A DNA stretch of 64,000 bases from Dehalococcoidia bacterium. Lineage in GTDB: Bacteria > Chloroflexota > Dehalococcoidia > Lucifugimonadales > UBA3495. The translations under genes and the position numbers were made by a program. Under the pieces are notes generated by a model. That model searched no databases, was not told the origin of the DNA, and saw only the letters and a program-made list of their open reading frames with translations. The stretch is from the NCBI GenBank assembly GCA_030740155.1, contig JASLXV010000080.1:45457-109456 (forward strand). The letters run 5' to 3'. Below are positions 24,852 to 34,226 of the stretch, piece by piece (position 1 is the first letter of the stretch; each line of letters begins with the position of its first letter).

Positions 24852-26225
24852 TTAGCCGTCGCCCCGCAGCACGCCGGCCAGGGTGCCGGTGTTCTCCACC
24901 CCTTCCAGGGTGTCCAGCAACCCAATTGCCTCTTCGGTGGCCGCCGGGGTGAGAGCCAGGGAGGCACAGTCCCGGAATTTGTTCCGGATGTCGTCCAGGG
25001 TGGTGCCCCGTAGCGCGCCCTCGTTGGGGCGGTCCATCCTCTCCTGCAACACTCGTCCGTCCCGCAGGTGGACCTCCACGACGTTGTAAGCCTCTATCCA
25101 GCTCGGCCGGCCTTCATAGCCGGGAATGCGGACCATCTCCACCTTGGGAATCAGTGACTGGGCCTCCGGCCGCATCACCTGCTCGTCGGTGAAGGTCCCC
25201 AGCCCTATCTTCTGGTCCAGGAACGCCGCCGCCATGCAGTAGTTCATGCTGAATTTGCCCTCCAGGCCCTGCTTGGGCGAGGAGTGGATCAGGGACCGGG
25301 GCGGGTCGAAGTCGACCAGCACGGCAATCCGGTCGATCTCCCCCGGATCGATGGTCTCGCGCGCCAGTAAGCCGGCGGCGGCATTGAGGGCCAGGTGGGC
25401 GCTGCCGCAGCAGGGATACTTCTTGATCTCGATGCCCGTTTCGGTGAAGTAGCAGCGCCGACCCAGGTCCTCAAGCAACTTCTCCATGTTGTATCCGGAT
25501 CCGCCGGAGAAAGCGTGCAGGAAGCCGAACCTGCCTTCTATGGCATCATTGCTGGCGGTGAACCCCGCCTGGACCAGTTTGGCGGCGGTTACCCCGTTGC
25601 GGCCGGCGGCGCCCGCGTGGTAGGGCTTGGTCATCGTACCGAAATTCTGCCTCAGGCCGGCCGCCTGGGAAGCGGCCAGGGAAATGGCCATGGCGGTCTG
25701 GTCCTGGTCAAGCTTGAGCATCTTGGATGCCGCCGCCGCCGAGCCCAGGGTCCCCAGCGGACTGGTGGGATGCCAGCCCAGGTCGTCGTGAAAATTCACG
25801 CTGGTGGAGTCTCCTACGCTGCAGGCCACCTCGAAGCCCAGCATGTAGGCCAGCAGCATGTCCCGCCCCGGCGCACCCGCCTCTTCACCCAAAGCGAGGG
25901 CTGCGGGGGCCAGGACGGCGCTGGGGTGGCCCTTGACGATCCGGTTGATGTCATCGTAGTCCAGGGCGTGGGCCATGGCGCCGTTCACCAGTGTCGCTTC
26001 GGGCGCCGAGGTCTTGAAGCCTCGCCCAATCACGGAGGCTATCGGCCCGCCGCCTGTGGACCGGACGAAGTCAGATAATATGGCTGCCAGGGGCTCCACG
26101 GAGCCGGCCAGCGCGCACCCCAGGCAGTCCATCATGGCGCCCTTCGCCGCTTCGATGGCCTCGCTGGGGAAGTCTTCCAGGCTGGTGGTCGTGACGTATT
26201 CCGCGATCCTTTTGGTGATGTCCAA
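24852..26225 (-). CDS. MmgE/PrpD family protein
   Basis: HALDYDD, GHPS, GWHPT, GTMTKPYHAG, KKYPCCGSAH, EGKFS. Confidence 0.93.
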   Translation of the reverse strand: MDITKRIAEYVTTTSLEDFPSEAIEAAKGAMMDCLGCALAGSVEPLAAILSDFVRSTGGGPIASVIGRGFKTSAPEATLVNGAMAHALDYDDINRIVKGHPSAVLAPAALALGEEAGAPGRDMLLAYMLGFEVACSVGDSTSVNFHDDLGWHPTSPLGTLGSAAAASKMLKLDQDQTAMAISLAASQAAGLRQNFGTMTKPYHAGAAGRNGVTAAKLVQAGFTASNDAIEGRFGFLHAFSGGSGYNMEKLLEDLGRRCYFTETGIEIKKYPCCGSAHLALNAAAGLLARETIDPGEIDRIAVLVDFDPPRSLIHSSPKQGLEGKFSMNYCMAAAFLDQKIGLGTFTDEQVMRPEAQSLIPKVEMVRIPGYEGRPSWIEAYNVVEVHLRDGRVLQERMDRPNEGALRGTTLDDIRNKFRDCASLALTPAATEEAIGLLDTLEGVENTGTLAGVLRGDG

Positions 26226-26506
26226 GGTAACCTCCTAGGCCGGTGTATCGTTGCCGGACCGCTCACTCGCTTTCCCGATGCGCCGGCCCAATTCCCGGCT
26301 GGAGCCAACGGTCCCATGGCCGGGGAAATGCAACGGTCAGTGGCACTTGTGTTATATTACCTGAAGCCCCACAAAGCAAGCTCCGGCGTTGCCTCGGGCA
26401 GGGGCAATGAGCTGGCGGAGTAATCGAGCCGCTTGCTGATTCGGGCATTATGTGCCCTTTAGTGGTGCCCACCCGGTCTCGGTTTAAGGCCATCAGATCA
26501 TGAATC

Positions 26507-26556
26507 GGTGGATAACAGCCAGAATTGGGCGGATAAACTTGGCGGCCCGTGGATAA
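26507..26556. promoter_or_regulatory. Three DnaA-box-like sites
   Basis: GGTGGATAA 26507, GGCGGATAA 26528, CGTGGATAA 26548. Confidence 0.55.
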
Positions 26557-26702
26557 GCCCCGAGGGCCAAGGGGCGCCGTTGGCGTTCCTGTGACAATAC
26601 GTTCACGATCGCCCGCCGCAACGTCATTTGCCTTGACTGCCCGCATCGTTGGACCGTACTTGCCCGCGGGCTGTTCACAATCCCTTGAGGAGGTCGGAAT
26701 CA

Positions 26703-27917
26703 GTGTATCCCGGAGCACTTGGTGGCGTTCGAGTGGTGGAGTGGAGCAACTTGATAACCGGTCCTTTCTGCGGCAAGGTGCTCGGCGAGTTGGGCGCCGA
26801 CGTGATCAAGGTGGAGCCTCCGGCACTGGGCGACGACAGCCGCCGCCGCGGCCCTTTCCCGGGCCATATCCCGGACCCGGAGCGGAGCGGACTGTTCCTG
26901 TTCGCCAACCTCAACAAACGGGGCCTGACCCTGGACCCGGGGACCGCTTCCGGACGGGGCATCCTGGGAAGGTTACTGGAGTCGGCGGATGTTTTCGTGG
27001 TGAACCAGCCGCCGGAACTGGTGCGGGACCTGGGATTGGACCATGAGACGCTGAAGGAGAAGTACCCCCGGCTCATCGTTACCGCCATCACTCCCTACGG
27101 CTGCAGCGGCCCGTACCGGGACTACGCCGGGAACGACCTGACGGTCAACGCCCTGGGCGGCCTCAGTTTCGGCAACGGGCATCCGGACCGGGAGCCATTG
27201 GCGAACCCCCTGTACCAGGCCAGCTATATGGCTGCCGTCGGCGCCGCCTATGCCACCGTCGTCGCCCTGCTGGGACGGGACACCACGGGCCGAGGCCAAC
27301 TGGTGGATGTGTCCGAGGCCCAGGTCTCCGCCGTCCTGCTGAGCGGCTACAACCTGCCGACCTACATCTATAAGGGGGTGGCGGGTTGGCGCTCCGGCAA
27401 CCGAATGCGTCTGGGCTTGTTCCCCAACTGCATTCTGCCCTGTAAAGACGGCTATGCCTGCATCGACGCTCCACAAATGGAACAGTACCAGCGGTTCATC
27501 GACCTGCTCGACGACCGGGAGTGGGTCAACGACCCCCGGTACCGCAAGCGCCGGGCCATGAGCGACCAGTACCCGGAGGAAGCGGAGGCCCTCATCGCCC
27601 CCTGGTTCACGCAGCGCACCAAAGCGGAGATCCTGCGGGTTTGCTTGGAGAACCGGATTCCCTGCGTGCCCGTGCTGACCTTCGACGAGGTGCTGGCTGA
27701 GCCTCAGCTCAACGCCCGGAATTATTTTCAAGATATCGAACACCCAACCGTCGGCACACTGCGCTATCCCGGGGCCCCCTACCGGCTGTCGGGCACCCCG
27801 TGCCGGGTCGTCCGGCCCGCGCCGGTACTGGGCCAGCACAACGTGGAAATCCTGTGCGGCGAGTTGGGACTGGAGCCCTCGGGACTGCCGGAGATGGCGA
27901 GGGCGGGAGTAATCTGA
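26703..27917 (+). CDS. Class III (CaiB/BaiF) CoA-transferase subunit 1
   Basis: GPFCGKVLGELGADVIKVEPP..GD, NLNKRG, APVLGQHN. GTG start after GAGGAGG. Confidence 0.92.
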   Translation: MYPGALGGVRVVEWSNLITGPFCGKVLGELGADVIKVEPPALGDDSRRRGPFPGHIPDPERSGLFLFANLNKRGLTLDPGTASGRGILGRLLESADVFVVNQPPELVRDLGLDHETLKEKYPRLIVTAITPYGCSGPYRDYAGNDLTVNALGGLSFGNGHPDREPLANPLYQASYMAAVGAAYATVVALLGRDTTGRGQLVDVSEAQVSAVLLSGYNLPTYIYKGVAGWRSGNRMRLGLFPNCILPCKDGYACIDAPQMEQYQRFIDLLDDREWVNDPRYRKRRAMSDQYPEEAEALIAPWFTQRTKAEILRVCLENRIPCVPVLTFDEVLAEPQLNARNYFQDIEHPTVGTLRYPGAPYRLSGTPCRVVRPAPVLGQHNVEILCGELGLEPSGLPEMARAGVI

Positions 27918-27918
27918 G

Positions 27919-29157
27919 ATGCCACCCCTTCCTCTGGGTAACTACCGAATCGTCGATCTAGGCACCGCATGGGCCGGACCCCAGGCGGGCCAGATCCTCG
28001 CCGACATGGGCGCCGAGGTGGTCAAAGTGGAGACCCGGACCCGGCTGGACGGCCTGCGCCTGGGCCGCCCCATCATCGAGGATGACGCCGCCGGGGGCGA
28101 CGAGGGCCTGTGGCCCGAATTGCAGCCCGTGTTCCACGGCCTGAACCGCAACAAGCTGAGCGTCACCCTGAACTTGAAGACCCCGGAAGGCTTGCGCCTG
28201 ATCCGGGAACTCATCGCCCGCAGCGACGTGGTGCTGAATAACTACTCTCCCGGCGTGCTGGGACGGCTGGGCCTGGACTATCCGGAGCTTCGGAAGGTGC
28301 GTCCCGATATCATCCTGGTCTCGATGCCGTCCGTCGGTGATTCCGGGCCCCTGCGGGATATACTGGCCTACGCGCCCAATATCCAGGCGCTTTCGGGGCT
28401 GAGCGGCGTGATCGGCTACCAGGGCGAGCCGCTGGTTGGCGAACTGCAATCGCCGTGGAGCGATGCCGTGGCCGCTCTTCACGCCGCCCTGGGCACGGTG
28501 GCCGCGCTGCGGCACCGGAACTTGACCGGGGAGGGCCAGTCAGTCGAAGTCGCCCAGCTCGAGGCGACCACCTCCATGCTGGGTGAGCCGCTCCTCGACT
28601 ACCAGATGACGGGTAAAGTGGCCGAGCCCCAGGGCAACTTCGACCCGGATTTCGCGCCCCACAACAACTATCCGTGCGCCGAAGAAGACACCTGGGTGGC
28701 AATCGGGGTCCGGGGTGAGAAGGAGTGGGAGGGGTTCTGCCGGGCGTTGGAAAACCCGGGTTGGACCGGGGACCCCCGTTTCGAAGACCGGCACAGCCGG
28801 GTGACCCACTTCCGGGAGTTGGACCGGCACGTGTCGGAATGGACCCGGCAGCACACATCTGAAGAGGTCACCAGCCTGTTGCAGCAACACGGTGTGGCCG
28901 CCATGCCCGTGATGAGCATCGAAGGCCAGTTCATGGACCCTCACCTACAGGAGCGCCAGGCCTTTGCCGAGGTTGAGCACCCCCACGTGGGCGCGGAGTG
29001 GGTGTACGGGATGCCGTGGCTGCTGAGCGACACTCCGGGCAGCGTCCGCACCGCCGCGCCCCTGTTGGGGCAGCACAACGATTACATATTTCTTGAACTC
29101 CTGGGTGTGCCCGGCGCCGAGTTGGAGTGCCTCCGGGCCGCTGAGGTTGTATACTGA
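27919..29157 (+). CDS. Class III (CaiB/BaiF) CoA-transferase subunit 2
   Basis: WAGP..LADMGAEVVKVE, NRNKLS, WSD Asp, APLLGQHN. Confidence 0.92.
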   Translation: MPPLPLGNYRIVDLGTAWAGPQAGQILADMGAEVVKVETRTRLDGLRLGRPIIEDDAAGGDEGLWPELQPVFHGLNRNKLSVTLNLKTPEGLRLIRELIARSDVVLNNYSPGVLGRLGLDYPELRKVRPDIILVSMPSVGDSGPLRDILAYAPNIQALSGLSGVIGYQGEPLVGELQSPWSDAVAALHAALGTVAALRHRNLTGEGQSVEVAQLEATTSMLGEPLLDYQMTGKVAEPQGNFDPDFAPHNNYPCAEEDTWVAIGVRGEKEWEGFCRALENPGWTGDPRFEDRHSRVTHFRELDRHVSEWTRQHTSEEVTSLLQQHGVAAMPVMSIEGQFMDPHLQERQAFAEVEHPHVGAEWVYGMPWLLSDTPGSVRTAAPLLGQHNDYIFLELLGVPGAELECLRAAEVVY

Positions 29158-29365
29158 CCCGGTAGGGCTTCCACCCCCCTCGGGCTTTCAGCCCCAGCCC
29201 GTCGGCCTCTCGCCCACACCGGCTGCTGTCAATCCCCGGCTTTATCTTGGGCTGGCTTCGACCGGCGGCCTGGATTCGGGCGTTCTCCAGTGGGGCTCGG
29301 CCTGGCTGATACCTGAGGTATCTGGATGAGCCAACCGGACAAGTCGAATAACGTGATGTTGCACA

Positions 29366-30763
29366 TTGATTAGCTCGCCCCCTAAAAGCGAAGAGAAGCG
29401 GCGTCCTCGCATCTTCTACGGCTGGTGGATAGTCTTGGTCAGCATGATCGTGGACGCCCTCAAGCAGGGCACATTCAACCGGGGATTCACTATCTTCGTT
29501 CTGCCCATCGAGACTGAACTGGGTATCAGCCGGTCCGCGGTGGCCATGGCGGATGGCGTGGGACGCCTGGTGGGTGCGGTTGAAGGGCCGGTGGCGGGCA
29601 TCATGACCGACCGGTTGGGCCCCCGGATAATGATCGCTTTCGGGGGAATCGTTTCCGGACTGGGGTTCATCCTCCTGGCCCGAATCGACAGCTACACAAC
29701 TTTCATGCTGGTCTTCGTAGGCGTATTGTCCGTGGGCTTTCGCGGCGGCTACAGCAACGCTACGATGGCCGCGGTGAACCAATGGTTCCGGCGCAAGAAG
29801 AGCCTGGCCATGGCCCTGGTGTCGACCGGCCACGGTGTCGGTGGCGCGTTTTTGACCCCTCTGGTAGCTGTCTTGGTGTTCAGATTGGACTGGCGATGGG
29901 CCGCATTCATCTCCGGCGTAACCATCATCGCGTTGGTCGTGCCGTTGTCGGTGCTCGTCCGGCGGACCCCCGAGAGCATGGGCCTGCTGCCCGACGGGGA
30001 TAGCGTGCCCCGCGAACCGGTCTCGCGACGGGTCGAACCGCGTGGGGAAGGGGTTCCTACCCCCAAGGCCGCGGGACCGGTCATCTCGGCGCGTGCGGCC
30101 CGCCGGAGTTCCCCCGGCGTCGATTTCACCGCTAGCGAAGGGATGAAGACCTTCTCCTACTGGATGTTGGTGATCGCCGTGGGGCTGCGCAACACGGTCC
30201 ACGCCGGGGTCAGTTTTCACCTCGCGCCCATGATGGTCTGGTCTGGCACCAGCGAACCCCAAGCCGCATTTTTGGTGAGCCTGACGGCTTTCGGAGCTCT
30301 GGTGTTCAACCCTGCGGTGGGATGGATGGGAGATGCCTGGTCGAAACGGAAGATGAGCGCCATAACCATGGCCGTCGGCGCGGTTGCCATGCTGATGTTG
30401 CTGGCCGGCAGCGCGAACCTGTGGTACCTGTCTCTCTTCGTTGTCCTGCTGGCCTTCGCCGAGAGCGCCAATCCGTTGGCCACGGCCATTTTGGGAGATT
30501 ACTTCGGCCGGAGGAGCTTTGCCACCCTGCGGGGATGGCAGCATCTGCCCGACCAGATCATGTCCATGACCACCCCGGTTTGGATGGGGTTTGTTTTCGA
30601 CCGCACGGACAGCTACTATTGGTCGTTGGTGCCCCTGGCGAGCATGTATGTCCTGGCCACCGGGTTCTTCTGGTGGCTTCCCCGGCCGCCGCCGCCGGCC
30701 CGGTTGCGCGGCCCGAAGCCACCTGCCGAAGAGGCCCAGCAAGGGGTTCCTGGGTTACAATAG
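29366..30763 (+). CDS. MFS transporter
   Basis: IFYGWWIV, GIMTDRLGPR motif A, 12-TM pattern. Confidence 0.9.
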   Translation: MISSPPKSEEKRRPRIFYGWWIVLVSMIVDALKQGTFNRGFTIFVLPIETELGISRSAVAMADGVGRLVGAVEGPVAGIMTDRLGPRIMIAFGGIVSGLGFILLARIDSYTTFMLVFVGVLSVGFRGGYSNATMAAVNQWFRRKKSLAMALVSTGHGVGGAFLTPLVAVLVFRLDWRWAAFISGVTIIALVVPLSVLVRRTPESMGLLPDGDSVPREPVSRRVEPRGEGVPTPKAAGPVISARAARRSSPGVDFTASEGMKTFSYWMLVIAVGLRNTVHAGVSFHLAPMMVWSGTSEPQAAFLVSLTAFGALVFNPAVGWMGDAWSKRKMSAITMAVGAVAMLMLLAGSANLWYLSLFVVLLAFAESANPLATAILGDYFGRRSFATLRGWQHLPDQIMSMTTPVWMGFVFDRTDSYYWSLVPLASMYVLATGFFWWLPRPPPPARLRGPKPPAEEAQQGVPGLQ

Positions 30764-30944
30764 CACGGGCTTCCGGCGGTGGAGCGGCGAGTGTATTATG
30801 GTCCATGGCGAACTTGTTTAGGGACCGGCCGGCGACCGGCCGGTACTTGGAGCAGGACAGGCCTTGCCCGATGGCCCGGTAACGGCCAAGGCATGGATAA
30901 CCGGGGTGACATAGATAAGGATTGGTATAGAACGGAGGTAACAC

Positions 30945-32069
30945 ATGGTACTGGAGTCAGGAGAGATAACGAGAGAAGGCGTTGAGCGGCTGAAGGCCCG
31001 GTTGGGTTCTTTCAACCGGCCCCGACAGTACGGCGTGGGCCTGTTCAACGAGCAGGCAAGCCAGGATGCAATCCGCCATTTCTGCCAGGGGATCGGCGAC
31101 CAGAACCCTCTTTACTGGGACCTGAGCTACGGTCACGGCACCAAGTACGGCACCATACTCGCTCCCCCGTGTTTTCTCTACAGCGTCTATTGGACCTCGG
31201 GGCGCGTTGGCGGGCTGCCCGGCGTCCACGGCTTCCACGCCGGCAACGACTGGGAGTGGTTCCGGCCCATCCGTCTGGACGACAAGATTTCGGTGCAGGA
31301 GCAGTTTACCGGCCTGGAGGAGAAGGAGAGCCAGTTCGCCGGGAAGATCTTGATACAGTCCAGCGTGAGCTACTACTATAACCAACGGGGTGAGGCCATC
31401 GCCAAGACCCGTGGCTGGCAGATTCGCGCCGAGCGCAGCGCCGCTCGGGAACGGCGCAAGTACAAGTTCGAACCTTACACCTACTCGCGCGATGAGATCG
31501 CGGCTATTCAGGAAGCCGTGCTGGGTGAAGAGATCCGGGGGAACAACCCCCGCTGGTTCGAGGACGTGAACGTGGGCGACGAGCTGAAGCCGGTGGTCAA
31601 AGGCCCCATGAGCCACGGCGACATCACCGCCTTCGTGGCCGGCTGCATCGGAGGCATCTCCCACGGAATCCAGCTGAACGAGATGCTGCGGCACCCGTCC
31701 TGGGGATTCACCGACCCCAGCACCGGCGCCCTGGAGGCCGTCATCCGCGTCCACGACATCAAGGAGGCGGCGGACAGCGCCGGGCTTCCCGGAGCCTACG
31801 ACTACGGCTGCCAGCGCTGCTGCTGGATGGGCCATCTGCTGACCAACTGGGTAGGAGACCATGGGTTCGTGAAGAAGATGTACGTCGAGCTGCGGCGGTT
31901 CAACGTCCTCGGCGACACCACCTGGTGCAAGGGGAAAGTGACCGGCAAGCGTGAGGAGAACGGGGAGCACTTGGTGGACATGGACGTTTGGGGAGAAAAC
32001 CAGCGCAAGGAAGTCACCATGAAGGGCACGGCCACCGTCCGGCTGCCGTCCAAGCTGGCGGCCTGGTAG
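30945..32069 (+). CDS. Double hot-dog MaoC-like acyl-CoA dehydratase
   Basis: IRHF..GIGDQNPLY..APP and a second domain WFEDVNVGDEL..GDTTWCKGKV. Confidence 0.85.
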   Translation: MVLESGEITREGVERLKARLGSFNRPRQYGVGLFNEQASQDAIRHFCQGIGDQNPLYWDLSYGHGTKYGTILAPPCFLYSVYWTSGRVGGLPGVHGFHAGNDWEWFRPIRLDDKISVQEQFTGLEEKESQFAGKILIQSSVSYYYNQRGEAIAKTRGWQIRAERSAARERRKYKFEPYTYSRDEIAAIQEAVLGEEIRGNNPRWFEDVNVGDELKPVVKGPMSHGDITAFVAGCIGGISHGIQLNEMLRHPSWGFTDPSTGALEAVIRVHDIKEAADSAGLPGAYDYGCQRCCWMGHLLTNWVGDHGFVKKMYVELRRFNVLGDTTWCKGKVTGKREENGEHLVDMDVWGENQRKEVTMKGTATVRLPSKLAAW

Positions 32070-32103
32070 GGCAAGCCCCTTCGTTTCCCAGCGTCAGAAA
32101 ATC

Positions 32104-32141
32104 AAGGAGTTGGCTGGGCTGTTCTGCCCAGCCAACTCCTT
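32104..32141. terminator. Probable bidirectional terminator between convergent genes
   Basis: 16-bp perfect stem AAGGAGTTGGCTGGGC/GCCCAGCCAACTCCTT. Confidence 0.7.
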
Positions 32142-32232
32142 TGTCGATAGTATCCGGACGCGCCCGCCCAGTGGCGCGATCGATCTTTTCGGGAACGGCC
32201 TGGCCTCCAGGGCACTCGCCAGCGAGTTGGGG

Positions 32233-33417
32233 CTACAGCCCGAACCGCTCCGCCGCTCGGGCGAAGCCTTCCATCGCCCCTTCCAGCACCCGGTCTTCCG
32301 TGCAGTACGAGATGCGGAAGTAGCCCGGCGTGCCAAACCCCCGGCCCGGCACCACTAGGACGTTCCACTCCAGCAGAGCGTTCACGAAGGCCACATCGTC
32401 CTCCAGAGGCGACTTGGGAAACAGGTAGAAGGCTCCCTGGGGCTTCACCACCGAGTACCCCAACTCGGTGAGGTGGGCGCACAGATAGTCGCGTTTGCGC
32501 TGGTATCCCGCCACGTCGACGCTGACCCCCTGGAGGGCCCGTACCACGTGCTGCATCAACGCCGGGGCGTTGACGAACCCCAGCGTGCGGTTGCAGAAGG
32601 TCAAGCCGTCCACCAGTTCCTCCTGCTGCAGATAGGCGGGGTTGACGGCGATGTAGCCGATGCGCTCGCCGGGCAGGGCCAGGTCCTTGGCGTGGGAGTT
32701 GACCACGATGGTGTTCTGGTAGTGGGGGAACACCTGGGGGTACGACAGGCCGTCGTAGATGATGCGCCGGTACGGCTCGTCGCTGATCAGGAAGATTTCA
32801 GTGCCGTGCTCCTCTTGCTTGCGTTGCAGCAAACCGGCCAGTTTAGCCAGCCCAGCGGCCGGGTAGACGGCCCCCGTGGGGTTGTTGGGCGAGTTGATGA
32901 TGACCGCCCGGGTCTTCGGCGTGACGGCGGCCTCGATGGCCTCCAGGTCGGGCTGAAAGTCCGGGCCGCTGGACACCGTGACCGCCACCCCGGCGTGGTT
33001 GTCGACGTAGAAGCCGTACTCCACGAAGTAGGGCGCCAGGATGATGACCTCTTGCGCCGGGTCGAGGATGGTCTTGAGGACCACGTTCAGGGCCGCCGCA
33101 GCCCCGCAGGTCATCACGATATGGCCGGCGGCAAAGGGTAGGCCGGTCTCGTCTTTCAGGCCGTCGGCCACCGCCTGCCTGGTCTCCGGGTAGCCGGCGT
33201 TGGGCATGTAGCGGTGCATTCCCTTGACGGGGTGCTCGGCCAGGCGGCGCAACTCTTGGACGAACAGCTCCGGGGGCTCCACCACCGGGTTGCCCAGAGA
33301 AAGGTCGAAGACCTTATCTTCGCCGTGCTGGGCTTTGAGGGCGATGCCGGACTCGAACATCCGGCGAATCCACCCCCCCTGCTCCACCAGGCCCCGGACC
33401 TTCTGTGACACTGCCAT
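32233..33417 (-). CDS. PLP-dependent aspartate aminotransferase family protein
   Basis: WIRRMFE, DLSLGNP, NSPNNPTG, SDEPY, SHAKDLALPGERIG. Confidence 0.92.
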   Translation of the reverse strand: MAVSQKVRGLVEQGGWIRRMFESGIALKAQHGEDKVFDLSLGNPVVEPPELFVQELRRLAEHPVKGMHRYMPNAGYPETRQAVADGLKDETGLPFAAGHIVMTCGAAAALNVVLKTILDPAQEVIILAPYFVEYGFYVDNHAGVAVTVSSGPDFQPDLEAIEAAVTPKTRAVIINSPNNPTGAVYPAAGLAKLAGLLQRKQEEHGTEIFLISDEPYRRIIYDGLSYPQVFPHYQNTIVVNSHAKDLALPGERIGYIAVNPAYLQQEELVDGLTFCNRTLGFVNAPALMQHVVRALQGVSVDVAGYQRKRDYLCAHLTELGYSVVKPQGAFYLFPKSPLEDDVAFVNALLEWNVLVVPGRGFGTPGYFRISYCTEDRVLEGAMEGFARAAERFGL

Positions 33418-33541
33418 ATCGTGACCCCTCCAGGGAATAAGTACGCTTCCAATATCTGCCAAAGTGGTTAGTTCTTTAGGAGGGGTCTGGGGGACCCTTT
33501 CTTCCAAGAAAGGGTCCCCCAGCATCCCCAGCTATCGAATC

Positions 33542-34216
33542 TCAGCTCAAAGCGGCCGGGTCCGCTTCCACCATCCGGAACCCCATGCCCTTACCGAACT
33601 GGTAAGCCACGCTGTACTCCACCATCTCCATCTCCACCTCCTCGCCCAGAAGCCGGGTCATGGAGGTCACCGGCCGGTCCTCGATCCCACAGGAGACGAT
33701 GTGATCGTAGTAGGACAGGTCGGTGTTGACGTTGATGGCGAAGCCGTGGTACGCGACACCCCGGCTGATTCGCACGCCGATGGCCGCTATCTTGGCGTCT
33801 CCCACCCATACGCCGGTCAGTCCCGGCTCGGGACCGCCCTGAATCTCGAAATCGGCCAGCGTGTCGATGATAATCCGCTCCAGGGTCCGGACGTACTTCA
33901 CCGGGCCTCCCCATTCCCGAAGGTCCACCACCGGATACCCCACCAGTTGCCCCGGCCCGTGGTAGGTGACCTGGCCCCCCCGGTCGGTATCGTAGATGGA
34001 GATGCCCTTTGCCCTGAGCTGATCGGGGGTCAGCGAGATGTGTTCGGGGCGGCTGAGACGGCCTCTAGTGTAGACCGGGGGGTGTTCCAGGAGCAACAGG
34101 GTGTTGGGTTGTTGCCCACGGCCCACCGACTGTGCCAGGCGGGCCTGGAGGTCCCAGGCGTGTTTATAGTCGACGTTGCCCGGCCGGACAACCTGGCAGA
34201 GGGGAATGGACGGCAC
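33542..34216 (-). CDS. lipB: Lipoyl(octanoyl) transferase
   Basis: LLEHPPVYT, RGGQVTYHGPGQ, KIAAIG, HGFAIN, SCGI. Confidence 0.96.
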   Translation of the reverse strand: MPSIPLCQVVRPGNVDYKHAWDLQARLAQSVGRGQQPNTLLLLEHPPVYTRGRLSRPEHISLTPDQLRAKGISIYDTDRGGQVTYHGPGQLVGYPVVDLREWGGPVKYVRTLERIIIDTLADFEIQGGPEPGLTGVWVGDAKIAAIGVRISRGVAYHGFAINVNTDLSYYDHIVSCGIEDRPVTSMTRLLGEEVEMEMVEYSVAYQFGKGMGFRMVEADPAALS

Positions 34217-34226
34217 GCCCGAGGCC

